From a virus (taxonomy: Duplodnaviria; Caudoviricetes): a stretch of 35,591 nucleotides of DNA. The stretch's first letter is position 1, and each line of letters begins with the position of its first letter. Below are positions 1-7,830 of the stretch, in pieces. The position numbers and the translations under genes were made by a program. The notes beneath the pieces were generated by a model. It was not told the DNA's origin, ran no database searches, and saw only the letters and a program-made list of their open reading frames with translations. The DNA is taken from positions 1 through 35,591 of IMG/VR virus record IMGVR_UViG_3300025528_000019. One strand, given 5' to 3'.

Positions 1-349
1 CGAGGATGGGCAGCCCGATAGACTGCCGAATGTAGTCGCTGACGCTCAGACCGGCCTCATCGGCGGCTTGCTGGACATCGCATTTTTCGCTGGCGTTGAC
101 CCTGATCCGAATGTCCAGCGTGCGCGGCGCGCCGCCCTGGCTGCCTGCCCCCAGCAGTTCAGCCAGGGCGGCGCGCTCGGCAGGCGTCCAGTTCGCCGCT
201 CCGTCCTCCAGGGCCAGCGAGGCGGCGCGCTCGGCGCGGCGGGCGGCCATTGGCGAACCGGACTGCTGCGCCTTGATGGCCCCAAGGGCTTCGCGCATAG
301 CATCAGGCGAACGGGCGACAATGAGTTTGAGCGTGCTAACCGTGTCCAT
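1..349 (-). CDS. Ribbon-helix-helix (CopG/MobC-like) DNA-binding protein; runs off the left edge and is completed by the window end if circular
   Basis: Not in the ORF track. ATG at 349 after GAGGA; open to base 1: MDTVSTLKLIVARSPDAMRE...RTLDIRIRVNASEKCDVQQAADEAGLSVSDYIRQSIGLPIL. The C-terminal IRV-x3-E...A-x2-AGLSVSDYIR pattern is typical of RHH proteins. Confidence 0.7.
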   Translation of the reverse strand, partial: MDTVSTLKLIVARSPDAMREALGAIKAQQSGSPMAARRAERAASLALEDGAANWTPAERAALAELLGAGSQGGAPRTLDIRIRVNASEKCDVQQAADEAGLSVSDYIRQSIGLPIL

Positions 350-605
350 AGTGGTCCTCGTCTAATCCGCTCTGGCCGAACGGCGCAGGCTCGGGCTTGC
401 CCGTCGTTTCTAACACCATCAGGGCGTCGTCGTCGCATACCGAACAGTAGGCCCGGCTGGCTGTCACGCCGCACCCCTGGCAACGGTAGCGGGCTGTAGT
501 GCCCGAACACCACTTACCGTCTACCTTGTTGGGGCAGTACCAGCCGCTTGTGTAGCGGCTGGGTTTCATCTCGCACTTGTGGACGGGGCAGCGGGGGGCG
601 TTCAC
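336..605 (-). CDS. Small Cys-rich zinc-finger protein
   Basis: CPVHKCEMK...GWYC...WC plus CQGC/CSVC; its GTG start overlaps the upstream stop (GTGA). Confidence 0.6.
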   Translation of the reverse strand: MNAPRCPVHKCEMKPSRYTSGWYCPNKVDGKWCSGTTARYRCQGCGVTASRAYCSVCDDDALMVLETTGKPEPAPFGQSGLDEDHYGHG

Positions 606-946
606 TTGCGACCTGCCTTCTTCTCGCTAATGATGCGCTCGGCGGCCTCGTGCCCGTACTTCTGTTCCAGAGCGCGCTTGGCGGCCTTACCGCCCGCGCT
701 GCGCTTGGCCTGGGCGACCCGAGCATCAACCAGGGCAGCAATCTGCTCGTCTGTCTTGCCGCCGAGCTGCTGCCAGTTGATGTTGACCGGATAGGAGAAG
801 CTGATCCGCAGGGCGATAGCGTAGCAGCGGCGGGCCTCATCCATCCGGTCAGCAGGGACGCCGCGAGCGAGCTGGGCGAACTGCTGGGCCTCACGCTCGT
901 TCAGGCTCAGGTTGAGGGCGGCGATGGTGTCAGCAGTAATGGTCAT
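602..946 (-). CDS. Hypothetical protein, first gene of the leftward operon
   Basis: ATG after AAAGGA, directly downstream of a consensus promoter; coupled to 336..605. Confidence 0.65.
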   Translation of the reverse strand: MTITADTIAALNLSLNEREAQQFAQLARGVPADRMDEARRCYAIALRISFSYPVNINWQQLGGKTDEQIAALVDARVAQAKRSAGGKAAKRALEQKYGHEAAERIISEKKAGRK

Positions 947-971
947 TGCCTTGTCCTTTCGCGTGGCGTCG

Positions 972-1013
972 TGTAGCTACGCTGATTGTAGCACAACGTA
1001 GCTACGCTGTCAA
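972..1013 (-). promoter_or_regulatory. Sigma70-type promoter with palindromic operators
   Basis: Minus strand TTGACA(1013-1008)-17 nt-TACAAT(990-985). Perfect palindrome CGTAGCTACG (997-1006) in the spacer and a near copy TGTAGCTACG (972-981) at the start site. Confidence 0.75.
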
Positions 1014-1100
1014 GACTGATCTGCTGCGCCTTGTGCCACAGCTCCAGCTCCTGCTCTTTGCGCAGCCGCTCCAGCTCCAGCGCGTCGCGGTAGTGGATAC

Positions 1101-1166
1101 GTCCATAAAAGGTATTGACAAGTGTCCACCATAGTGGTATAGTGTCTCTGCCGTGAGGGACACGGC
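1101..1166 (+). promoter_or_regulatory. Sigma70-type early promoter with GTCCAY boxes and a 5' hairpin
   Basis: GTCCATAAA (1101), TTGACA(1115)-17 nt-TATAGT(1138-1143), then GCCGTG-AGGGA-CACGGC. Closely similar to the promoter at 11363-11428. Confidence 0.75.
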
Positions 1167-1246
1167 CCGGGGTGGGCTACTAGCCCAGCAGCCGGCCTGG
1201 GCCCCGGTGGGGAAGCCGGGGCCCTCGAGCATAGCAGGGGGACACA

Positions 1247-1534
1247 ATGAACTACATGGACAGGACAGGCCGGGTGACGGACGGGGTGGACCAGGTGGAC
1301 CTGGGCCGGTTCGGGCCGGACCTACGGTTCCACGCCTACCGGGTGGATGTCCAGCTACGGGACGGACGGACCCTCCCGGCCTGGGTGGTGGAGGATACCC
1401 ACCAGCCGGACCCCCACTGGCCGGACATGGCCACAATCGTGGCTATAAGCCTGGACAACCTGGGGGACGCCAAGGCCCAGGCCATGCGGGTGGCCGGGCT
1501 TGGGGAAGCCCAGCTGGTGGAGGTGGCCGCATGA
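1247..1534 (+). CDS. Hypothetical protein
   Basis: AGGGGGA Shine-Dalgarno, first ORF after the promoter, ATGA overlap with the methyltransferase. Confidence 0.65.
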   Translation: MNYMDRTGRVTDGVDQVDLGRFGPDLRFHAYRVDVQLRDGRTLPAWVVEDTHQPDPHWPDMATIVAISLDNLGDAKAQAMRVAGLGEAQLVEVAA

Positions 1535-2340
1535 CCGCCGCCGCCATCAAACCGATCCTGAAGTATCCCGGCGCGAAGTGGGCGTTGGCGTCGTGGATTG
1601 TGAGCCACTTCCCGGCGCACAACCACTACGTCGAGCCCTACTTTGGCTCGGGCGCTGTGTTCTTCAATAAGAGCAAGGCGCCACACGAGGTGATCAACGA
1701 CCTCGACGGGCGCGTGATGCAGCTGTTTCGCGTGGTGCGTGACCGAGGCGAGGAACTGGCGCGAGCTGTGAGCCTGACGCCGTACGCGCGGGGCGAGTAT
1801 TACGAGAGCTACACCAGCACGGGCGATGACCTGGAGGACGCGCGGCGGTTCCTCGTGCGCTGCTGGATGGCGCACGGGTTTACGCCCGTCTGCCGCACGG
1901 GTTGGCGCCACAACGGCAGCAAGGGCCTCCAGCCCATCACGAACCTGTGGAACGACCTGCCGGCGCGCATCCTCGCCACGGTGGCTCGGCTAAAGGATGC
2001 CGAGATCGAGAGCGTGCCGGCGTTGGCAATCGTGGAACGCTACAACACCGCCGATACGCTGCTGTACGTAGACCCGCCCTATGTGCTCAGTACCCGCTCG
2101 CATAAGAGACTCTACCGCCACGAGATGACCGACGCCGACCATCTCGCGCTGCTGGACGCGCTCGACGCCCACCCCGGCCCGGTGGTGCTCTCCGGCTACC
2201 GCTGCGCGCTCTACGACGACCGCCTGCCGCACTGGCACACCGTCTCCATACGCGCCCAGGCGGAGCATGGCAACACACGCACCGAGGTGCTGTGGCTGAA
2301 CGACAAGGCCGCCAGCGCGCGGCAGTTGAGGCTCTTATGA
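1531..2340 (+). CDS. DNA adenine methyltransferase (Dam/D12 class)
   Basis: LKYPGAKW, YVEPYFGSGAV (SAM-binding), INDLD and catalytic DPPY. Start taken at ATG 1531. Confidence 0.9.
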   Translation: MTAAAIKPILKYPGAKWALASWIVSHFPAHNHYVEPYFGSGAVFFNKSKAPHEVINDLDGRVMQLFRVVRDRGEELARAVSLTPYARGEYYESYTSTGDDLEDARRFLVRCWMAHGFTPVCRTGWRHNGSKGLQPITNLWNDLPARILATVARLKDAEIESVPALAIVERYNTADTLLYVDPPYVLSTRSHKRLYRHEMTDADHLALLDALDAHPGPVVLSGYRCALYDDRLPHWHTVSIRAQAEHGNTRTEVLWLNDKAASARQLRLL

Positions 2341-2531
2341 CCGCCGCCACCACCGCGACCCCTGACACCGCCCGCCGCCTCGCCGCGGCCTGTCCGGGCT
2401 GGACACTGACCAGAAACGACGCCGGCTGGTGGCTCACGCCGCCCGACGGCGACGCGGCGCTGATTGAGACGGAGGCCGCCTTGCTGGCGTGGCAGGAGCG
2501 GTGGAAGGAGAGACACGATGCAGCAGCCTAG
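2337..2531 (+). CDS. Small hypothetical protein
   Basis: ATGA overlap with the MTase stop; carries the GGAAGGAG RBS of the next gene. Confidence 0.5.
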   Translation: MTAATTATPDTARRLAAACPGWTLTRNDAGWWLTPPDGDAALIETEAALLAWQERWKERHDAAA

Positions 2532-3288
2532 ACACATCGCATGGTTTTCCTGTGGCGCGGCCAGCGCCGTCGCCGCCAAGCTGGTGCTCGCGCAGCAGCC
2601 CGATGCGCTGGTTGTGCGCATCGTGATTGATAACGAGCATCCCGACAACGACCGTTTCACCGCCGACTGTGAGCGCTGGTACGGCCGCGAGATTGTGCGC
2701 TTGCGCTCCACCGAGTACCGCGACGTAGACGACGTGATCGAGCGGCGGCGGTTCCTCGTCAGTCCCTACGGCGCGCCGTGCAGCACCGAGCTGAAGAAGC
2801 GGGTGCGAGAGCAGTTCCAACGCCCGTTCGTGGACATCCAGTACTTCGGCTTTGACCTGACCGAGCAGGACCGTGCGCAGCGGTTCAGCGAGGCGAACCC
2901 CGAGGCCAACGCGCGCTACCCGCTGATTGAGGCAAGTCTGACCAAGGACGACTGCTTCGGCCTGCTGACGCGCGCCGGCATCGCGCTGCCCGCGATGTAC
3001 GAGCTGGGCTACCGCAACAACAACTGCATTGGCTGTGTGAAAGCGAACAGCCTGCACTACTGGCGGCGCATCCGGCGCGACTTCCCCGAGGTGTACGAGC
3101 GCCGGGCGCGCCAGGAGCGGATGGTGGGTGCGAGCATCAACCGCGACCGCGAGACGGGCGAGCGCTGGTGGCTTGATGAGTTGGGGCCGCGCCTCGACAC
3201 GCTGCCCCTGACATCGGACGAGCCAAACATCAGCTGCGGCATCCTGTGCGAGATTACCTATCAGGAGGTATCCGATGCCGCAGCCTGA
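2518..3288 (+). CDS. PAPS-reductase/PP-loop (adenine nucleotide alpha hydrolase) family phage protein with Cys motifs
   Basis: AWFSCGAASAVA PP-loop-like start, PCSTELKK, YPLIE, MYELGYRNNNCIGCVK, C-terminal SCGILC. Confidence 0.7.
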   Translation: MQQPRHIAWFSCGAASAVAAKLVLAQQPDALVVRIVIDNEHPDNDRFTADCERWYGREIVRLRSTEYRDVDDVIERRRFLVSPYGAPCSTELKKRVREQFQRPFVDIQYFGFDLTEQDRAQRFSEANPEANARYPLIEASLTKDDCFGLLTRAGIALPAMYELGYRNNNCIGCVKANSLHYWRRIRRDFPEVYERRARQERMVGASINRDRETGERWWLDELGPRLDTLPLTSDEPNISCGILCEITYQEVSDAAA

Positions 3289-3361
3289 GACCGACCCGCC
3301 CACCCAGCCTACGTCTACGGGAACCAGCGGCTGTCCTGGTGAAACGGAGGCTTAGCAGCAC

Positions 3362-4009
3362 ATGAGGCCAAGGCTACTCGATTTGTTCTGCGGTGCAGGC
3401 GGTGCGGGCATGGGCTACTACCGCGCTGGCTTTGACGTAACAGGTGTCGATATCGCAGCTCAACCGCGCTACCCGTTCGCTTTCGTGCAGGCAGACGCGC
3501 TCGAATATGCCGCCGCGCATGGGCATGAATACGACATGATACACGCAAGCCCGCCGTGCCAGCGGTACAGCAGCATCACAAAAGCCGCCGGTACAAGCGA
3601 CAACCACCCCGATTTGGTTGCGCCTACGCGCGAGTTGCTTAAGCGTCTTGGCAAGCCCTACGTTATCGAAAACGTACCGGGCGCTCCGCTTGACAACCCG
3701 CTGATGCTTTGCGGCACGATGTTCGGGTTGCTGGTGGTACGCCACCGGCTGTTTGAGACAAACCCAGCGCTATGGTGGCCTCCGCAACCCTGCCAGCACG
3801 AGCGCAAGGTGGTGAAGCATGGCCGGCGTCCTGACCGCCGCATACACTATGCGGCGGTTACGGGTCACTTTAGCGATGTTGAGTTTGCGCGAGAGGCGAT
3901 GGGCATCGACTGGATGACGACAACGGAATTGGCAGAGGCCATCCCGCCGGTATACACCGAGTTCATAGGCAAGCAGTTGAGGCAGTACGTATGTGTGAAG
4001 GCGACTTAG
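3362..4009 (+). CDS. Compact C5-cytosine DNA methyltransferase
   Basis: LLDLFCGAGG (motif I), ASPPCQ (catalytic PC), IENV (motif VI), RHRLF, C-terminal EAIPP. Confidence 0.85.
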   Translation: MRPRLLDLFCGAGGAGMGYYRAGFDVTGVDIAAQPRYPFAFVQADALEYAAAHGHEYDMIHASPPCQRYSSITKAAGTSDNHPDLVAPTRELLKRLGKPYVIENVPGAPLDNPLMLCGTMFGLLVVRHRLFETNPALWWPPQPCQHERKVVKHGRRPDRRIHYAAVTGHFSDVEFAREAMGIDWMTTTELAEAIPPVYTEFIGKQLRQYVCVKAT

Positions 4010-4083
4010 TTGGCCGCTAACCCGACGATGGAGGCTTATCAAACGATGGACAATGGGGAGAGTCGTCACAACAGGGGGATGTA

Positions 4084-4320
4084 ATGCACGCACAAATCAC
4101 AATCCGGTGGGCCGATGGGTCCACCACGGACTACCAGGTCCGGCAGGAGGACGCTGTGGACCTGGCCGTGTTCGCGGGGATTGGCCAGGGCCGCGTCCAG
4201 GACGTGGTCCAGGGTGGGTCCGGCGGGTTCCGGTGGTCCCTGGCCACGGACCCGGCCATGGTGGATGACCAGCCCACCCTGGTGGTGGACTGGTTCGAGC
4301 AGCGACCCCTGGCCGCATAG
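4084..4320 (+). CDS. Hypothetical protein
   Basis: AGGGGGA RBS before ATG; core-like codon usage. Confidence 0.55.
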   Translation: MHAQITIRWADGSTTDYQVRQEDAVDLAVFAGIGQGRVQDVVQGGSGGFRWSLATDPAMVDDQPTLVVDWFEQRPLAA

Positions 4321-4333
4321 GAAGGAACGGACC

Positions 4334-4519
4334 GTGGAACAGCGCCTTTGTTCCTGGTGTGGGAAGCCGATTAAGGATGGGGAGCGGACCATCAGCGCCG
4401 CCCACCAGGGCTGTTACCAGAAAGCCTATCGGCTGGGGCGGCATCATGAACTGCCCAAGGGGACCCCGGGGCCCAAGCCCTGGTCCGGGCTGGGGAGGCC
4501 GGGCTATGACAGACGATGA
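4334..4519 (+). CDS. Small zinc-finger-like protein
   Basis: GTG after AGGAAGGA; CSWCGKP...HQGC. Confidence 0.45.
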   Translation: MEQRLCSWCGKPIKDGERTISAAHQGCYQKAYRLGRHHELPKGTPGPKPWSGLGRPGYDRR

Positions 4520-4733
4520 CCGGGCCCTCGAGGCCAAGGCGTTCATAGCCCGGGGCCAGCTGTCCCTGGCCTGGGCCACGGTGGCCCTGATGGACGATGT
4601 GGCCCGGCGCCGCCGGGCCACCACCAAGATTGAACAGCTGTGCAAGGACCAGGTGGCCTCGAGGCCCAGTCGTGGTGGCGGCCGCGTGCGGGTCCCTGAG
4701 GGGGGGGAGAAAGAATGGCGAACATCAACGTAA
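4506..4733 (+). CDS. Hypothetical protein
   Basis: ATG after GGGGAGG; overlaps the ATPase start; its 3' end crosses a compositional junction. Confidence 0.45.
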   Translation: MTDDDRALEAKAFIARGQLSLAWATVALMDDVARRRRATTKIEQLCKDQVASRPSRGGGRVRVPEGGEKEWRTST

Positions 4734-6253
4734 CGCGCCAGGGGCCGGAAGTCCAGTGGGACGACACCGACCGAGGCGACTACATCCGGCTCTCGCAGCG
4801 GGACATCGACCCCGCCCTGCGGAGCCGAGCGAACGGTGATGTCATCCGCTCCTGGGGGCTGGTGCTTGGGGCGTTTGCGCTCCTGCTGCTCCTGGTGCTG
4901 TACGGCCTCGCGGGATGGCAGTGTAGGCCCGAGGCGAACGTCTTCGAGACGAGCGTAGCCTGCTACGCCGCCCAGACCTTTTTCTGGCTGTACCTCGCGG
5001 GCCTGGTGGTGGCGCCCCTCGCTGGAGCCGCAACGATGCTGTGGAGCTACCGTCGCAGGACGCTGGCAGAGACCGAGCGGGCGCTCATCACGCGGGACGC
5101 CTGGAGTAACCCCGTCCACGCTGACGTGCTCCGCCAGATGGGTGCTGGGTGGGCTGTGTACCAGTTCAATCAGCGGCAGGCCCACGAGCAGGCGGTCGCC
5201 CCCTACAAGGTGCTCCCCGGCGGGTTAGAGAACCTCTCGCTGCATAACAGCGTTTCGGGTGGAAAGACCGTTGAGCAGCTTCCTGAGCCAGAGGACGCCC
5301 CGAGGGTGATGACTGCGCGTGAAGTGTACGACCGTCTGAATAACCTGCCCGACGACGACCCGCACTGTTTCGTCTACGGGTCGAGCGGCACGGGGAAGAC
5401 GACTTTCGTGCGCGGGCTGCTCGCTGACCGTGACGGCTTCCTCCTGGTCATCGACCCGAAGCCGGAAGGCGCGATGAAGTGGGGAGGCATCCCCTATGTG
5501 ACTATCGACGACGACGGTGACTACGGACCTATCCGGGATGCAATATCGGCGGTGCTGGCCGAGTTCCGCGAGCGTCAGGCTGTGGGCCGCATCAAGCCAC
5601 AGGAGTTCCCTACCATTACGGTGGTCGTGGATGAGTTCTTCCTCGCGCTTCAGAACGTCCCTGAGTTGGGCACGCTCGTGAAGCTGGTGTCCTCGGTCGG
5701 ACGGTCCCTGCGTGTTCGTCTCGTTCTGATGAGCCAGTCGAGCCGGGTGAAGTCCCTCGGTTTGGAGGGCCTCGGGGACCTGCTGGAGAACTTCACGAAG
5801 GTTTACCTCGGCAGGTACGCGACCGACAAGGTGCCCGACGCCGCCAAGTACGCCTCCAGCGCGAAGAAGGCCGGCGTTGTGATGGACGGCGAGGAGCCGG
5901 TCGTCATCGACACAAGGGATGTGCCCGACCTGGCCCAGCGCCCCCTGACGGTGGTACCTTGGACTCCCGAGGACCGGACCCTGGTGACGCTGGGTCCTGA
6001 GACGGAGGAGCTCCTGGAGCGATTGCTCGCCGGAACCGCTGGAACTGGTTCCGGTGTGATAAATACCAGCGCAGGACGCGACACCGAGGAACTGGTTCCG
6101 CTGGTTCCCGGTGGTTCCGACGAGGATCGGCTGGCCCAGGCACGAACGTTGGCCCGCCATACGGAGATGTCCGCGAATGAGATTGCACGCAAGGTCGGCG
6201 GGCGTAAAGAGGCGGTGCTGGCGGCGGTGCGAGAGGTTCGAGGGGTGAAGTAG
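4715..6253 (+). CDS. Membrane-anchored FtsK/HerA-superfamily (TraB/VirD4-like) P-loop ATPase with C-terminal HTH
   Basis: Two N-terminal hydrophobic helices; Walker A GSSGTGKT; VIDPK; Walker B VVVDE; GRSLRVRLVLMSQ motif; C-terminal MSANEIARKVGGRKEAVLAAVREV HTH. Confidence 0.8.
   Translation: MANINVTRQGPEVQWDDTDRGDYIRLSQRDIDPALRSRANGDVIRSWGLVLGAFALLLLLVLYGLAGWQCRPEANVFETSVACYAAQTFFWLYLAGLVVAPLAGAATMLWSYRRRTLAETERALITRDAWSNPVHADVLRQMGAGWAVYQFNQRQAHEQAVAPYKVLPGGLENLSLHNSVSGGKTVEQLPEPEDAPRVMTAREVYDRLNNLPDDDPHCFVYGSSGTGKTTFVRGLLADRDGFLLVIDPKPEGAMKWGGIPYVTIDDDGDYGPIRDAISAVLAEFRERQAVGRIKPQEFPTITVVVDEFFLALQNVPELGTLVKLVSSVGRSLRVRLVLMSQSSRVKSLGLEGLGDLLENFTKVYLGRYATDKVPDAAKYASSAKKAGVVMDGEEPVVIDTRDVPDLAQRPLTVVPWTPEDRTLVTLGPETEELLERLLAGTAGTGSGVINTSAGRDTEELVPLVPGGSDEDRLAQARTLARHTEMSANEIARKVGGRKEAVLAAVREVRGVK
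6032..6118 (+). repeat. GGAAC/TGGTTCC repeat cluster in the ATPase linker
   Basis: GGAACTGGTTCCG at 6041 and 6088; TGGTTCC at 6046, 6093, 6102, 6112; GGAACC at 6032. Confidence 0.7.
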
Positions 6254-6282
6254 TCAGCGGGGGCGGGTTCAACGCTCGCCCC

Positions 6283-6715
6283 TGCACCATTTGAGGAGGC
6301 AAAAGATGGAGTGGTGCAATCAGTGTGGCGAGGGGCTGCACGAGGGTGCAGCCTACTGCGTCTGGTGCGGTGCGGGGGTGCAGTCCGGTGCGGTGACAGG
6401 TGCAACGGTGCAACTTCACGGTGCGGGTGAAACCGAGCGGGTGATGCACCTCGGTGCAGGCAGCACCATCCCGCAGGTGGACACCTACGCTTGGGTCGCG
6501 GCCCGGCGCGGGCAGATGTTCGGGGTGCTGAACGCCCCTGCGGAGTTGCACCCGATGTGGCGAGGTGCAAACCAGGTGCAGGAGCAGGTGCATACGGTGA
6601 TGCACCCGGTGCATCACGGTGCAAGCCAGGTGCATCACCCGGTGATCGACTGGCTGCTGTGGGACAACCCCGTGGACAGGATGCGTGCGCGGGTGCAGAA
6701 CTCCTGGCTGGTGCA
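6283..6715 (+). repeat. GGTGCA repeat array
   Basis: 14 GGTGCA (6313, 6345, 6377, 6399, 6407, 6453, 6564, 6575, 6587, 6608, 6618, 6629, 6692, 6710), 4 reverse TGCACC and several GGTGCG, falling in all three codon frames. Confidence 0.9.
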
Positions 6716-6794
6716 GACCGAGGCAGGCACCATCGCGGTTGGCCTGTTCCTGCTGGTGCTGTTCCTGGTGTTCATCCCGATGCTGCTGGTGTAG
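6306..6794 (+). CDS. Zinc-ribbon protein with a C-terminal transmembrane anchor
   Basis: GAGGAGG RBS; CNQCG...AYCVWCG zinc ribbon; C-terminal IAVGLFLLVLFLVFIPMLLV. Confidence 0.7.
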   Translation: MEWCNQCGEGLHEGAAYCVWCGAGVQSGAVTGATVQLHGAGETERVMHLGAGSTIPQVDTYAWVAARRGQMFGVLNAPAELHPMWRGANQVQEQVHTVMHPVHHGASQVHHPVIDWLLWDNPVDRMRARVQNSWLVQTEAGTIAVGLFLLVLFLVFIPMLLV

Positions 6795-6860
6795 GGAACT
6801 GAAGAACGAATATGGCCGCATCCTACGGGCCCACGGCATACGTGATTAGGACGGCCTAAA

Positions 6861-6912
6861 CAGGCCCTGGCCAGGGTCTGGTCAGGGTCAGCCCAGGGGG
6901 TGGTCAGGGTCT
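6861..6912 (+). repeat. 11-bp-period CAGG(GTC) array
   Basis: CAGG at 6861, 6872, 6883, 6894, 6905; three copies are CAGGGTC. Confidence 0.65.
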
Positions 6913-6933
6913 GAGTAGGCCCAGGCCACCCCC

Positions 6934-6962
6934 TAGACGTGGTCCATAAACTATGTTAGAAT
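6934..6962 (+). promoter_or_regulatory. Sigma70-like promoter with a GTCCATAAA box
   Basis: TAGACG-17 nt-TAGAAT; the spacer GTCCATAAACTATG nearly matches the spacer at 8181. Confidence 0.55.
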
Positions 6963-7013
6963 AGGTCCACCGGCCCAGGGGAGGGGCCGGCCTAGTAATG
7001 GGGGATACATTTG

Positions 7014-7661
7014 ATGACCCTACAGACGATGAACAAGGCCGGCGGGCTCGAGCCCTGGGGCTGGGTCCAGGCCGTGGACCGGGCCCTTGGCAATGGCCGC
7101 CTGGTGTGGACCTGGGTTCAGGTCCCCCTACAGGGCGCCCTGAAATACGGCCCGTCCGTCCTGCTGGCCCTGCCGGCGGCCTACGCGTCGGCCCAGTTCA
7201 GCACCCACCACGACATGTTCCCCCAGGGCCTGGGCTGGGCCATTGGGGTGGGGTTCGAATGGCTCTACCTGGGGACCCTGGCCATGTCCGGGTCCCTGAG
7301 GGACAGCCGCTACTTCCGGCTGGTGAACCTGCTGGCCGTCCTGACCAGTATCACCTATGTGACCCTGTGGGGCCTGGTCAAGTATGGGGTGCTGGGGGAC
7401 CTGGACCCCAGCTGGGGCTGGTCGTTCTATGCGGTGGCCACCCTGCTGGCCGTGGTCCATGCGGCGCCGCTGGCCGGCCTGAACTTCCTCTATAACTCGC
7501 TCATCCACCAGCATGACCGAGAACAGGCCCAGGACCAGCAGGCCCAGGCCGCCCAGCAGGCCCACAGCTGCCCTGACTGTGGCTGGGCCCCACCGCTGGG
7601 CCACCGGGACCCAGCAGCGGCCCTGAACGGCCATAAGCGGCATTGCAAGGGGGGTGTCTGA
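7014..7661 (+). CDS. Multi-pass membrane protein with a C-terminal C2H2-like zinc finger (Spd/DUF2637-like architecture)
   Basis: About four hydrophobic segments, AIGVGFEWLYL, a Q/A linker, then CPDCG...ALNGHKRHC. Confidence 0.7.
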   Translation: MTLQTMNKAGGLEPWGWVQAVDRALGNGRLVWTWVQVPLQGALKYGPSVLLALPAAYASAQFSTHHDMFPQGLGWAIGVGFEWLYLGTLAMSGSLRDSRYFRLVNLLAVLTSITYVTLWGLVKYGVLGDLDPSWGWSFYAVATLLAVVHAAPLAGLNFLYNSLIHQHDREQAQDQQAQAAQQAHSCPDCGWAPPLGHRDPAAALNGHKRHCKGGV

Positions 7662-7689
7662 CCCGGACGGCCCCCCAGGAACCACAGAG

Positions 7690-7830
7690 ATGCTGGCCAT
7701 GAACGTGAAAGAACTGTCCGAGACAACAGAACGGGTGGGCCTGGAAGTTGCACAAGCCATTAATGCGGTGGCTGATGCCCTAAGCCGCATAGCGGCGGCC
7801 CTCGAAAGACAGGGGGCGCCCAATGCTTAG
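7690..7830 (+). CDS. Small helical peptide (46 aa)
   Basis: MLAMNVKELSETTERVGLEVAQAINAVADALSRIAAALERQGAPNA; AGGA RBS; overlaps the next start. Confidence 0.45.
   Translation: MLAMNVKELSETTERVGLEVAQAINAVADALSRIAAALERQGAPNA

Noticed and set aside
1153-1530. N-terminal extension of the adenine MTase in the ORF track
   Set aside because: It overlaps the promoter leader and gene 1247..1534; MTase motifs begin only after ATG 1531.
2518-3288. Complete Dnd phosphorothioation system explaining the GGCC richness
   Set aside because: No dndA/B/D/E-like partners, and the gene sits in a motif-poor island, so it is unlikely to have shaped the core composition.
3275-3355. 26-aa ORF MPQPETDPPTQPTSTGTSGCPGETEA
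   Set aside because: Too short and featureless to support; possibly a remnant.
4715-6253. ATPase as the genome-packaging motor or as part of a type IV secretion system
   Set aside because: A canonical terminase/portal set is present, and no relaxase or mating-pair genes are recognisable.
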